NCBI RefSeq assembly: GCF_002310835.1
Contig: NZ_CP011041.1
Coordinates: 2,580,001-2,612,000, forward strand
Source of the DNA: Pseudoalteromonas tetraodonis
Lineage (GTDB): Bacteria > Pseudomonadota > Gammaproteobacteria > Enterobacterales > Alteromonadaceae
DNA length: 32,000 nt
Direction: 5' to 3'
Every line of letters begins with the position of its first letter. Positions within the stretch are counted from its first letter, which is position 1. The notes below the pieces were generated by a model. That model was not told the DNA's origin, made no database searches, and saw nothing but the letters and a program-made list of their open reading frames with translations. This document shows, piece by piece, positions 17,885 through 27,407 of the stretch. The position numbers and the translations under genes were made by a program.

Positions 17885-17902
17885 AAACACTAAAGTAATT
17901 AA

Positions 17903-19894
17903 TTAAAACAATGCGTTTGCTTTGTTAACTACATTTTCTACCGTAAAGCCGAAGAACTCAAATAGCTCGTTTGCCGGTGCCGACTCACCAAAGGTGGTCA
18001 TACCAACTACGGCGCCATTTAGGCCTACATACTTGTACCAGTAATCAGCAATACCCGCTTCAATCGCTACGCGACGTGAAACGCTTGCTGGTAATACGCT
18101 TTCTTTGTACTCAGGCGATTGGTCTTCAAACGCATCAGTACATGGCATAGATACAACACGTACCTTTTTACCCTGCCCACGTAGCTCTTTCGCAGAGTCT
18201 TGCGCTAGCTGTACTTCAGAACCCGTTGCAATCAAAATAAGCTCTGGATTGCCGTCACAACTTAAGATGTAACCACCCTTTTTAACGTCGCTTAATTGCT
18301 GGGCATCACGAGCTTGCTGCTCTAAGCCTTGGCGAGTAAAGATTAATGATGTAGGACCGTCTTTACGTTCAATAGCTTGTTGCCATGCAATTGCTGACTC
18401 AACTTGGTCACATGGGCGCCAGTTGTATAGGTTAGGCGTTAAACGCATGCTGGCAATTTGCTCAACTGGTTGGTGAGTTGGACCATCTTCACCTAAACCA
18501 ATTGAATCGTGCGTGTATACAAAAATGCTTGGTTGCTTCATTAATGCAGCCATACGTACCGCGTTGCGTGCGTATTCCATAAACATTAAGAACGTTGCAC
18601 CGTAAGGAATAAAGCCTTTATGCAGTGCAATACCGTTCATAATGGCCGACATACCAAACTCACGTACACCGTAGTAAATGTAGTTACCACTTGCATCATC
18701 AGCAGTTAAGCCTTTAGAGCCATCCCAAATTGTTAAGTTTGAACCCGCTAAATCGGCAGAACCACCCATAAATTCAGGTAGTAACGGGCCAAACGCATTT
18801 AATGCATTTTGCGACGCTTTACGTGATGCTGGGTTTGCTGGGTTTGCTTGCAGCTCTTCAATGTACGCTTGTGATTTTTCAGCCCAGTCAGCTGGTAATT
18901 CTGAATGTGTACGGCGTTTGTATTCTGCTGCAAGCTCTGGGTATGCTTTTTCATATGCGGCAAATTTTTCGTCCCAGCTTGCTTCAAGCTGTTGGCCTTT
19001 TTCTTTGTTATCCCACTGTGCATAAATATCTTCAGGGATTTCAAATGCATCGCCCGTCCAACCTAAAAACTCGCGAGACGCTTTAATTTCGTCATCACCT
19101 AGTGGTGCACCGTGACAATCGTGGCTACCTGATTTATTAGGTGAGCCGTAACCAATAATAGTTTTACAACAAATTAGTGTTGGCTTATCAGTCACGCTTT
19201 TAGCTTCTGCAATTGCTGCACTTACTGCATCGCTATCATGGCCATCAACGTCACTAATTACATGCCAGCCGTATGCTTTAAAACGTGCTGGGGTATCATC
19301 ACTAAACCAACCTTCAACTTCACCGTCGATTGAAATGCCGTTGTCATCCCAAAATGCCACTAATTTGCCTAGGCCTAATGTACCGGCTAGTGAGCATGCT
19401 TCATGAGAAATACCTTCCATCAAACAACCATCACCCATAAACGCATACGTGTGGTGATCAACAATGTCATGGCCTTCACGGTTAAACTGCGCTGCTAATG
19501 CTTTTTCAGCAATCGCCATACCTACCGCATTTGTGATCCCTTGACCTAATGGGCCCGTAGTGGTCTCAATTCCTGGCGCGTATCCATATTCTGGATGGCC
19601 TGGTGTTTTAGAATGCATTTGGCGGAAGTTTTTAATTTCGTCCAGTGGCAAGTCATAACCACTTAAATGCAGTAGAGAATAAATTAGCATTGAACCGTGA
19701 CCATTTGAGAGTATAAATCGATCTCGGTCAGCCCACTCTGGATTTGTTGGGTTATGTTTTAGATAATCGCGCCATAATACTTCTGCGATATCAGCCATGC
19801 CCATAGGGGCTCCAGGGTGACCAGATTTGGCCTTTTGTACTGCGTCCATTGACAAGACGCGAATAGCATTTGCAAGTTCTTTGCGAGATGGCAT
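17903..19894 (-). CDS. tkt: transketolase
   Basis: 663 aa. [49 protein letters not shown] and [18 protein letters not shown] are classic TktA motifs. Confidence 0.97.
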   Translation of the reverse strand: MPSRKELANAIRVLSMDAVQKAKSGHPGAPMGMADIAEVLWRDYLKHNPTNPEWADRDRFILSNGHGSMLIYSLLHLSGYDLPLDEIKNFRQMHSKTPGHPEYGYAPGIETTTGPLGQGITNAVGMAIAEKALAAQFNREGHDIVDHHTYAFMGDGCLMEGISHEACSLAGTLGLGKLVAFWDDNGISIDGEVEGWFSDDTPARFKAYGWHVISDVDGHDSDAVSAAIAEAKSVTDKPTLICCKTIIGYGSPNKSGSHDCHGAPLGDDEIKASREFLGWTGDAFEIPEDIYAQWDNKEKGQQLEASWDEKFAAYEKAYPELAAEYKRRTHSELPADWAEKSQAYIEELQANPANPASRKASQNALNAFGPLLPEFMGGSADLAGSNLTIWDGSKGLTADDASGNYIYYGVREFGMSAIMNGIALHKGFIPYGATFLMFMEYARNAVRMAALMKQPSIFVYTHDSIGLGEDGPTHQPVEQIASMRLTPNLYNWRPCDQVESAIAWQQAIERKDGPTSLIFTRQGLEQQARDAQQLSDVKKGGYILSCDGNPELILIATGSEVQLAQDSAKELRGQGKKVRVVSMPCTDAFEDQSPEYKESVLPASVSRRVAIEAGIADYWYKYVGLNGAVVGMTTFGESAPANELFEFFGFTVENVVNKANALF

Positions 19895-20041
19895 GAATTC
19901 TCCTACCTTTATATGTATTTGCGCGGGTATTTATTTATCCCCATTCTTACTTATTGTGGGGGCTGTGTGCAATTAAAAACCCATAAAAATAGGGCATTAT
20001 GAATATTTTTTAAGAACCATTTACTATTAGATATTTTATTT

Positions 20042-20057
20042 AGACGTCTAGGCGTAA
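20042..20057. promoter_or_regulatory. candidate MetJ operator (two tandem met boxes) upstream of metK
   Basis: agacgtct (8/8 to the AGACGTCT consensus) is immediately followed by aggcgtaa (5/8). It lies about 100-120 nt upstream of the metK ATG. Confidence 0.5.
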
Positions 20058-20159
20058 AAAAACTATGCAAGTTCATTTGTTTTAGATAAAATACGCGCCT
20101 TAATTTTTTAGCGCTAATACCGACGTTTGTGAAGCGCAATATTTGTGAGCATAATTACA

Positions 20160-21311
20160 ATGGCAAAACATTTATTTACTTCTGAATCTGTTTCTGAAGG
20201 TCATCCGGATAAAATCGCCGATCAAATTTCTGATGCGGTACTTGATGCTATCCTAGAGCAAGACTCTCATGCCCGTGTAGCGTGTGAAACTTACGTTAAA
20301 ACCGGTATGGTTATGGTTGGTGGTGAAATCACGACTAGCGCATGGGTTGATATCGAAGAAATTACACGTAAAACAGTACGTGAAATTGGTTACACACATT
20401 CAGACATGGGCTTTGATGCCGATTCGTGTGCAATTTTAAACACGATTGGTAAACAGTCTCCTGACATTAACCAAGGTGTTGACCGTACAAGCCCTGAAGA
20501 GCAAGGCGCTGGCGACCAAGGCCTAATGTTTGGTTACGCATGTAACGAAACTGAAGTATTAATGCCTGCTCCAATTACTTATTCTCACCGTTTAGTACAA
20601 CGCCAAGCACAAGTACGTAAAAGCGGCGAGCTTAACTGGTTGCGTCCAGATGCAAAATCACAGGTTACGTTTGCATACGAAAATGGCAAGCCAGTAGGCA
20701 TTGATGCCGTTGTACTTTCTACTCAGCACAGCGAAGATGTATCGCAAAGTGATTTAGTAGAAGCGGTAATGGAAACGATTATTAAGCCAGTACTTCCTGC
20801 TGAGCTGATTACTAGTGCCACTAAATTCTTTATTAACCCAACTGGTCGTTTTGTAATTGGTGGACCAATGGGTGACTGTGGTTTAACTGGTCGTAAAATC
20901 ATTGTAGATACCTACGGTGGCATGGCTCGTCACGGTGGTGGTGCTTTCTCTGGTAAAGATCCATCAAAAGTTGACCGCTCAGCGGCTTATGCTGCACGTT
21001 ATGTTGCTAAAAACATTGTTGCTGCTGGCCTTGCTGACAAGTGTGAACTTCAGGTGTCTTATGCTATTGGTGTTGCAGAGCCAACATCTATCAGTGTTGA
21101 AACATTTGGCACAGGTAAATTAGAAGAAGCGCGTTTAATCGAACTTATTCGTGAACACTTTGACTTACGCCCTTACGGCCTAATTCAAATGCTTGATCTT
21201 GAGCGCCCTATTTATCTTCCAACAGCGGCTTACGGCCACTTTGGCCGTGATGAATTCCCATGGGAACGCACAGATAAAGCAGACGCACTTCGCGCAGCAG
21301 CTGGCCTGTAA
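20160..21311 (+). CDS. metK: S-adenosylmethionine synthetase
   Basis: [32 protein letters not shown]... is nearly identical to E. coli MetK throughout. The start is taken at MAKH (20160), not the upstream GTG/TTG-type tracked start at 20145. Confidence 0.97.
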   Translation: MAKHLFTSESVSEGHPDKIADQISDAVLDAILEQDSHARVACETYVKTGMVMVGGEITTSAWVDIEEITRKTVREIGYTHSDMGFDADSCAILNTIGKQSPDINQGVDRTSPEEQGAGDQGLMFGYACNETEVLMPAPITYSHRLVQRQAQVRKSGELNWLRPDAKSQVTFAYENGKPVGIDAVVLSTQHSEDVSQSDLVEAVMETIIKPVLPAELITSATKFFINPTGRFVIGGPMGDCGLTGRKIIVDTYGGMARHGGGAFSGKDPSKVDRSAAYAARYVAKNIVAAGLADKCELQVSYAIGVAEPTSISVETFGTGKLEEARLIELIREHFDLRPYGLIQMLDLERPIYLPTAAYGHFGRDEFPWERTDKADALRAAAGL

Positions 21312-21328
21312 GCCACCTAGCTAATATT

Positions 21329-21356
21329 AAAACGGCCCTTTTTAGGGCCGTTTTGC
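21329..21356 (+). terminator. rho-independent terminator after metK
   Basis: acggccc-ttttta-gggccgt followed by TTTT. Confidence 0.75.
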
Positions 21357-21450
21357 TATGTGTATTAAGTTAGTCATAAAACAGTCTCGAACTGTTTAAC
21401 ATTTTAGGTATATACTCTGCTTATACAATAAAGCGTGTTAGGGATAAAAA

Positions 21451-21996
21451 ATGGCCGACAATTTTCGTGTTATATTTGTAGGACTTGCAGAAGGCGCAGA
21501 CAGCCAAGCAGTGACCAATGCACTGACAGAAAAACTAAAAACCTCACCTGAAAAGGTGGCGGCATTTTTTAATGGCAAGCCGCTGTTTGCTCCTAGCAAC
21601 AAAGAGAAAGCCCTTAAGCAAGCTAAGTTACTTTCAACGCTGGGGATCAAAAGCAAACTTCAGCAAACAGCCCCTACACAAGCTACTTCTCAAAAAGCGC
21701 ACGACAGCCAGCGAGATCAGCGCTTATTTGATGCCCTAGATTATATTACTAGTAGCTTAATTCGTCTTGAAGAGAAACTTGAGGATCTTGAGCAACGTCT
21801 CCCCGAGGTTGAGTTATCACTGCCTGATGAAAATGACGAACCATGGCAAGATGACGATTTAATGCTAGATGAGCCACTCTCTACAACACCCAAAAAACGC
21901 AGTAACCTTGTTTTATATTCACTGATTGCCACAGTTGTAATATTACTTATTGTGCTTGCTGTGTACTTATTATTTCCTAATTTATTCTCTTTTTAA
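21451..21996 (+). CDS. hypothetical tail-anchored protein (181 aa)
   Basis: An N-terminal domain of about 70 aa (FRVIFVGLAEGADSQAVTNALTEKL...), a Q/S-rich then acidic coiled-coil segment (LIRLEEKLEDLEQRL...DENDEPWQDDDLMLDE), and a single C-terminal TM (LVLYSLIATVVILLIVLAVYLLF). No family recognised. Confidence 0.6.
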   Translation: MADNFRVIFVGLAEGADSQAVTNALTEKLKTSPEKVAAFFNGKPLFAPSNKEKALKQAKLLSTLGIKSKLQQTAPTQATSQKAHDSQRDQRLFDALDYITSSLIRLEEKLEDLEQRLPEVELSLPDENDEPWQDDDLMLDEPLSTTPKKRSNLVLYSLIATVVILLIVLAVYLLFPNLFSF

Positions 21997-22014
21997 TCAT
22001 GGTTTAGTTATTTA

Positions 22015-22611
22015 ATGAGCAATAATCGCGCACAAATAAGACTCGATATTCGTAAAGCACGGAATAATCTATCAAAAAACCAGCAAGAAATAGCGGCCCA
22101 CTCGCTTAAATTGAATTTTATTCAATATATAAAAAGCCAAAAAACAGCTAAAAAAAAACATATCGCCATTTATTTAAGCAATGATGGCGAATTAGATACC
22201 TCATTGTTAATTAATGAATTATGGAGCATTGAACAGCATGTTTACTTACCTGTAATTCACCCTTTCAACGGGGCTAATTTACTATTTCAACGATATGAAA
22301 AAAACTCACCCATGAGAGCAAACCGCTATGGTATCTTGGAGCCTAAGCTGAACTGCTCTCAAATATGCCCATTGCCAGCGCTTGATTATCTACTTATGCC
22401 ACTTGTTGCATTTGATAAATTTGGTAATCGCCTTGGAATGGGGGGTGGGTTTTACGATAGAAGCTTGGCACGTTTACACGAAGAAAACTGGCAGCAACCA
22501 CAACTTATTGGCCTAGCACACGAATGCCAACAAGTGGATAAGCTCCCAATTGAATCGTGGGATGTGCCTCTTAAAACTATTATTACACCCAATAAAACCT
22601 ACTGTTGGTAA
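22015..22611 (+). CDS. ygfA: 5-formyltetrahydrofolate cyclo-ligase
   Basis: ELDTSLLINELW...VYLPVIHPF...LLMPLVAFDKFGNRLGMGGGFYDRSL...ESWDVPL is collinear with E. coli YgfA (Fau). Confidence 0.9.
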   Translation: MSNNRAQIRLDIRKARNNLSKNQQEIAAHSLKLNFIQYIKSQKTAKKKHIAIYLSNDGELDTSLLINELWSIEQHVYLPVIHPFNGANLLFQRYEKNSPMRANRYGILEPKLNCSQICPLPALDYLLMPLVAFDKFGNRLGMGGGFYDRSLARLHEENWQQPQLIGLAHECQQVDKLPIESWDVPLKTIITPNKTYCW

Positions 22612-22664
22612 CAATTAATCTTGTAAACTAACAGTCTATTTTTGACATAAATGAGCACATAGCA

Positions 22665-23318
22665 ATGACACAAGATGAATTAAAAAAAGCAGCTGCATGG
22701 GCTGCACTGGAGTTTGTAAAAGAAAACACCATAGTGGGTGTTGGTACAGGCTCAACCGTTAATCATTTTATTGATGCTTTAGGCACAGTAAAAGACACCA
22801 TCGTTGGTGCAGTATCTAGTTCAGAAGCGTCTACAGCACGTTTAAAAGAACTTGGTATAGAAGTATTTGAGCTAAATGATGTTGATGCTCTGGATGTATA
22901 CGTTGATGGCGCAGATGAAATTAACGCTCTAAACGAAATGATTAAAGGCGGTGGTGCAGCGCTCACCCGTGAAAAAATAGTAGCGGCAGTGGCTAAACAG
23001 TTTGTGTGTATTGTTGATGACACCAAACTAGTCGATACCTTAGGGGATTTCCCGCTGCCAGTTGAAGTTATTCCGATGGCGCGCAGCTATGTTGCCCGCG
23101 AATTATTAAAACTTGGCGGTGATCCTGTGTATCGCCAAGGTGTTGTAACCGATAACGGCAACGTTATTTTAGATGTACATAATTTAAAAATTACCCATGC
23201 TAAACAGCTTGAAACACAAATAAATCAAATTGTTGGCGTAGTCACCAACGGCCTATTTGCAGAGCGCGGTGCTGATAAAGTGATTATCGGCACAAAAAAT
23301 GGGCCACAAATTAAATAG
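22665..23318 (+). CDS. rpiA: ribose-5-phosphate isomerase A
   Basis: [18 protein letters not shown]...[15 protein letters not shown]...VDGADEI...[16 protein letters not shown] is canonical RpiA. Confidence 0.96.
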   Translation: MTQDELKKAAAWAALEFVKENTIVGVGTGSTVNHFIDALGTVKDTIVGAVSSSEASTARLKELGIEVFELNDVDALDVYVDGADEINALNEMIKGGGAALTREKIVAAVAKQFVCIVDDTKLVDTLGDFPLPVEVIPMARSYVARELLKLGGDPVYRQGVVTDNGNVILDVHNLKITHAKQLETQINQIVGVVTNGLFAERGADKVIIGTKNGPQIK

Positions 23319-23327
23319 GATATGGTT

Positions 23328-24557
23328 ATGAGTAAGGTATCGTTAGCAAAAGACAAAATTAAAATTCTCTTGCTTGAAGGTGTTCATCAAAGCGCTGTTG
23401 AAACGCTAAAACGTAACGGTTATAGCAATATCGACTACGTTAAAACATCGCTACCTGAGGACGAGCTTATTGAGCGCATTAAAGATGTGCACTTTGTGGG
23501 GCTGCGTTCTCGTACTCATATTAATGAATCGGTATTAAATGCAGCTGAAAAACTGGTTGCTATCGGTTGTTTTTGTATTGGTACCAACCAAGTAGATTTA
23601 AACGCAGCACGTGAGCGCGGTATTGCAGTATTTAATGCCCCGTTTTCAAATACTCGCTCTGTAGCTGAGCTTGTACTAGGTGAAATACTGCTTTTATTAC
23701 GTGGTATTCCACAGCGAAATGCCGCTGCGCACCGTGGTGGCTGGTTAAAAACAGCCAATGGCTCGTTTGAAGCGCGCGGTAAAACCTTAGGTATTATTGG
23801 CTACGGTCACATTGGTACTCAGTTGGGTATTATGGCTGAAAATATTGGTATGAACGTGGAGTATTACGACATTGAAGACAAACTGTCTTTAGGTAATGCG
23901 ACACAAGTACATAACTTAACGCAGCTATTGCAACGCGCTGATATTATTAGCTTGCACGTACCTGAAACACCGCAAACTAAAAACCTGATTGGCACGGCTG
24001 AATTGGCGGTAATGAAGCAAGGCTCTATTTTAATTAACGCTTCACGTGGTACTGTCGTTGATATTGACGCCCTAGCAGAAGCGCTAACAGAGAAAAAACT
24101 CAGCGGCGCAGCAATTGACGTATTCCCAGTTGAACCTAAATCTAACGATGAAGAATTTATCTCGCCACTGCGTGAATTCGACAACGTTATTTTAACGCCG
24201 CATATAGGTGGTTCTACTCAAGAAGCACAAGAGAACATTGGTATTGAAGTAGCGGGTAAACTCGCTAAGTACTCAGATAACGGCTCAACTATTACCGCAG
24301 TTAACTTCCCTGAAGTATCATTGCCAGAGCTTGCTAATCGCAGCCGCTTGTTACACGTGCATCACAACCGCCCTGGCGTGCTAACGCAAATTAACCAAGC
24401 GTTTGCTCAGCACGGTATTAACATTGCCGCACAGTACTTACAAACCGATGAAGCAATTGGTTACGTGGTTATTGATGTAGACACCGATCACTCAGAAGTC
24501 GCACTTAAAGAGCTCAGTGCGGTTGAAGGTACAATTAGAGCGCGTATTCTTCACTAA
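23328..24557 (+). CDS. serA: D-3-phosphoglycerate dehydrogenase
   Basis: MSKVSLAKDKIKILLLEGVHQ...GIIGYGHIGTQLG...LINASRGTVVDI...TPHIGGSTQEAQ plus a C-terminal ACT domain, collinear with E. coli SerA. The ATG at 23328 has AGGA 7 nt upstream. Confidence 0.96.
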   Translation: MSKVSLAKDKIKILLLEGVHQSAVETLKRNGYSNIDYVKTSLPEDELIERIKDVHFVGLRSRTHINESVLNAAEKLVAIGCFCIGTNQVDLNAARERGIAVFNAPFSNTRSVAELVLGEILLLLRGIPQRNAAAHRGGWLKTANGSFEARGKTLGIIGYGHIGTQLGIMAENIGMNVEYYDIEDKLSLGNATQVHNLTQLLQRADIISLHVPETPQTKNLIGTAELAVMKQGSILINASRGTVVDIDALAEALTEKKLSGAAIDVFPVEPKSNDEEFISPLREFDNVILTPHIGGSTQEAQENIGIEVAGKLAKYSDNGSTITAVNFPEVSLPELANRSRLLHVHHNRPGVLTQINQAFAQHGINIAAQYLQTDEAIGYVVIDVDTDHSEVALKELSAVEGTIRARILH

Positions 24558-24573
24558 CTATCAGCTAAAATAA

Positions 24574-24612
24574 TAAAAGCCGTACTTGAATAATCAAGTA
24601 CGGCTTTTTTGT
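24574..24612. terminator. terminator hairpin between convergent serA and the 24650-25582 gene
   Basis: A 12-bp perfect stem, agccgtacttga / tcaagtacggct, with loop ataa. TTTTTT follows on the plus strand and an A-run precedes it. Confidence 0.8.
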
Positions 24613-24649
24613 TTTAAATTGAATCCTGACGGCTTATAACTTACCGCTG

Positions 24650-25582
24650 TTATTTGCCTTTAACTTCTAAATTTATAAACTTAACCAGCTCTTCGGGTTG
24701 CCCTGCTAACATCATTAGTTGCTGATTCACTTCCATCATAGTTTTACCTTCAGGCAGTTTTGCTGACACACTAAACGAATTTAGTCCTTTAGCAAAATCA
24801 GTTAACGCCTTGGCTATTTCTTCGGTCACAGGTGCTTGTTGAAGCTGTTGATCAAGCATTGTTTGCATTTGCTCTAACGTCATACCTTGCTTTGCCAACT
24901 CGCTTTCTAATAAGCCTTTAAGATCACCTTGGTTATTAACAACTAAGCTAACATTACGTGGCTCTAGCTTACTCATTGCTTGCATAATCATTGTTTGCTG
25001 TTGTAGCTCTTGCTCATAAGTAAGCGGTGTATTACCTGCAGCTTGCTGAGCCTTACTGATTTCAAGTGAAGCATCCATAAGCGCTTTAGAGTTAGCAAGC
25101 CCCATGTCCATATCAACACTGGCAATATCATTAGCTTGCAGCTTAACAACAATATCACTGTTACCTGATTGCTCGTCGTAATCTAATGAAGAGTGTAAAT
25201 CATAACTGGCTGAGGCAAGTTGTGTATTTGTATCTGCAGGCAGTGTATCGACAAAGCTTTTATCAAATTGAAAGTTTTTTAACGTAAAAGCAGTATGTGG
25301 CGATATTTTATCGGTTTCGTAGCCTGTCACTTCAACATGCTCAACCGTGGCAATTTTATCGCCCTCAGGGCTAGTCACTTCAATATTACTAATGGCAACA
25401 CTGTTTGAAATAACACTCGCCGATAGCTCTGCGTAGTTAAAACTAGCACCGGTTTGTTCGCTGACCAAGGCCAACTGTTTATCAACCTCAGCACGTACCT
25501 CTTGTGTTGCAACATAGTTTGCATAGCTTACGCCACCCACACCTGCAGCAATAATCGCGGCTGCAATCACTAATTTTTTCAT
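24650..25582 (-). CDS. hypothetical exported or membrane-anchored protein (310 aa)
   Basis: N-terminal signal/anchor MKKLVIAAAIIAAGVGGVSYA, AGGA RBS, and a Q-rich C-terminal half. The architecture is loosely reminiscent of YdgA/DUF945-type envelope proteins, but I cannot establish that. Confidence 0.6.
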   Translation of the reverse strand: MKKLVIAAAIIAAGVGGVSYANYVATQEVRAEVDKQLALVSEQTGASFNYAELSASVISNSVAISNIEVTSPEGDKIATVEHVEVTGYETDKISPHTAFTLKNFQFDKSFVDTLPADTNTQLASASYDLHSSLDYDEQSGNSDIVVKLQANDIASVDMDMGLANSKALMDASLEISKAQQAAGNTPLTYEQELQQQTMIMQAMSKLEPRNVSLVVNNQGDLKGLLESELAKQGMTLEQMQTMLDQQLQQAPVTEEIAKALTDFAKGLNSFSVSAKLPEGKTMMEVNQQLMMLAGQPEELVKFINLEVKGK

Positions 25583-25667
25583 GTCATTTCCTTATTAAAC
25601 TCTTTATATAAGTGGCTTTAAGCAAGACTAACATTGAGAACATGCATCGTTAAGCACTTTTTGTTTG

Positions 25668-27053
25668 CTAGTTAATTAAACTCAGTAGCTCGTGCACTGT
25701 TTTAACTGGCGTTATTTTAGCACCCAGCCCTTCCATCGATTTATGGTAGTTACGAAATGGGATAAATATTTCAGTAAACCCATGTTGCGCCGCTTCTTTA
25801 ACACGGGGTACACCACTGTCGATTGGACGCACATCACCGTTTAAACTTAGCTCCCCCATAATACAGGTGGTTCGAGGTACAACAAACTCGTTCAAACTAC
25901 TTAAAAGTGCAGTAACAAGCGCTAAATCAATACAGGTTTCTGATTCGTCAATTTTTAGGCCACCCACAATATTAAAAAACGTATCGTGAAATATTTTAGT
26001 TTTAGTGTGTTTACGTAAAATACCGGTGAGCATTTTAATCCGGTTCATATTTAAACCAACACATACTCGCTGTGGAAATTCTGCTTCTGTTTCAGTGGTT
26101 AAACATTGAATTTCGAGTAGTAAATTACGATTACCTTTACGAATACAGGTAATCGTCGACCCCGGTGATTCAGTGGTTGAACCGGATAAGAAAATTTCGC
26201 TGGGGTTATCCACACTGAGCATACCGCGTTCACACATTTTAAAAATGCCCACAGTATCTATATCACCAAAGCGATTTTTATTAGCACGCAGCGTACGCAC
26301 TTGACCATCGTTGGTATCAATATGTAACAGTGCATCAACAATATGCACTAATGTTTGCGGGCCAGCTATTTCATTATTTTTATTTACGTGAGCAATAATG
26401 AACATAGTGACATCGTTTTGCTTACAATATTGGGTTAGCGCTTGAGCGGCACTTTTTACTTGCGAGGGTGAGCCAGGGCTACCATTAGCGGTGTCGGTGA
26501 CCACGGCTTGAATAGAGTCGATAACGGCAAACTTAATTTTGTTTTTATCCAGCTCTTCAATAATGGTTTCAACACTGGTTTCAGAAAGTAAATAGAGCTC
26601 ATCTTCGTTATAGTTAAGTTTTAAACGGTTTACTCGGTTTTTAAACTGCGACAAAGACTCCTCAGCAGTACAATAAAGCGATGGCATGCGCTGAGACATT
26701 CTTGCCACTAAATCCGATAGTAGTGTGGTTTTACCCGCCCCCGGATCGCCAGAAATAATATTAACCGAGCCGGTGGTTACACCGCCGCTTAGTACACGGT
26801 CAAGTTCGCCAATTTCAGTAAGCTGTTTTTCTGCCTCTGAGGTTGCTACCTCATTAATTTTTTTAGAGCCACCGCCAATACCACCGGCGTAGCCACCGAC
26901 ACTTGCACGAGCTGCTACTTTTTTGCTTTGCCCTGCAGAAGGTTTAAACTCTGCTAATGTGTTCCACGCACCGCAGCGACACTGACCTTGCCAGCGTTGA
27001 TAGTTCATGCCACATTCTGTACAAACAAACTCTACTTTTGCCGCTTTAGCCAT
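25668..27053 (-). CDS. radA: DNA repair protein RadA (Sms)
   Basis: N-terminal Zn finger CTECG...CRCGAWN, Walker A GDPGAGKTTLL, the RadA-specific KNRFG motif (ANKNRFGD), and a Lon-protease-like C-terminal domain. Confidence 0.96.
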   Translation of the reverse strand: MAKAAKVEFVCTECGMNYQRWQGQCRCGAWNTLAEFKPSAGQSKKVAARASVGGYAGGIGGGSKKINEVATSEAEKQLTEIGELDRVLSGGVTTGSVNIISGDPGAGKTTLLSDLVARMSQRMPSLYCTAEESLSQFKNRVNRLKLNYNEDELYLLSETSVETIIEELDKNKIKFAVIDSIQAVVTDTANGSPGSPSQVKSAAQALTQYCKQNDVTMFIIAHVNKNNEIAGPQTLVHIVDALLHIDTNDGQVRTLRANKNRFGDIDTVGIFKMCERGMLSVDNPSEIFLSGSTTESPGSTITCIRKGNRNLLLEIQCLTTETEAEFPQRVCVGLNMNRIKMLTGILRKHTKTKIFHDTFFNIVGGLKIDESETCIDLALVTALLSSLNEFVVPRTTCIMGELSLNGDVRPIDSGVPRVKEAAQHGFTEIFIPFRNYHKSMEGLGAKITPVKTVHELLSLIN

Positions 27054-27407
27054 TTAAAACCTTACCTACTATTCTTTATTTTGAAATATTGACTGTTAAG
27101 CGCTTATTTTGCCATTGCTGGCTTTACCTTAGCAACAACGCCTTGTGGAATAGCGCATTTAGTATCACACTCACACTATACTAATACCGTTTTACTGAAC
27201 CTGCTTTAGGGCATGCTTCTTGCTTTAAAAAGCTAATAAAAACATGCCAATTAATTGGCTCATAACGAATAACAATAAACACAAAGTATAGTTACGCATA
27301 ATATCGTGATCGCATTTAACTACTTTTCGATATTAGATTTATTTAATTCTCTAATAAATGATTGCAACAGTATACCTACTTTTAAATTAGACGGTGATGA
27401 TTTATAA

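Noticed and set aside
19951-20139. A 62-aa ORF in the tkt-metK divergent promoter region.
   Set aside because: It is an AT-rich promoter spacer with a basic low-complexity product and no RBS. It overlaps the MetJ box region.
21312-22014. I looked for a 6S RNA (ssrS) gene upstream of ygfA.
   Set aside because: There are no GC-rich closing stems and nothing resembling the E. coli 6S ends. The space is filled by a plausible 181-aa ORF. A covariance-model search would still be needed to exclude it formally.
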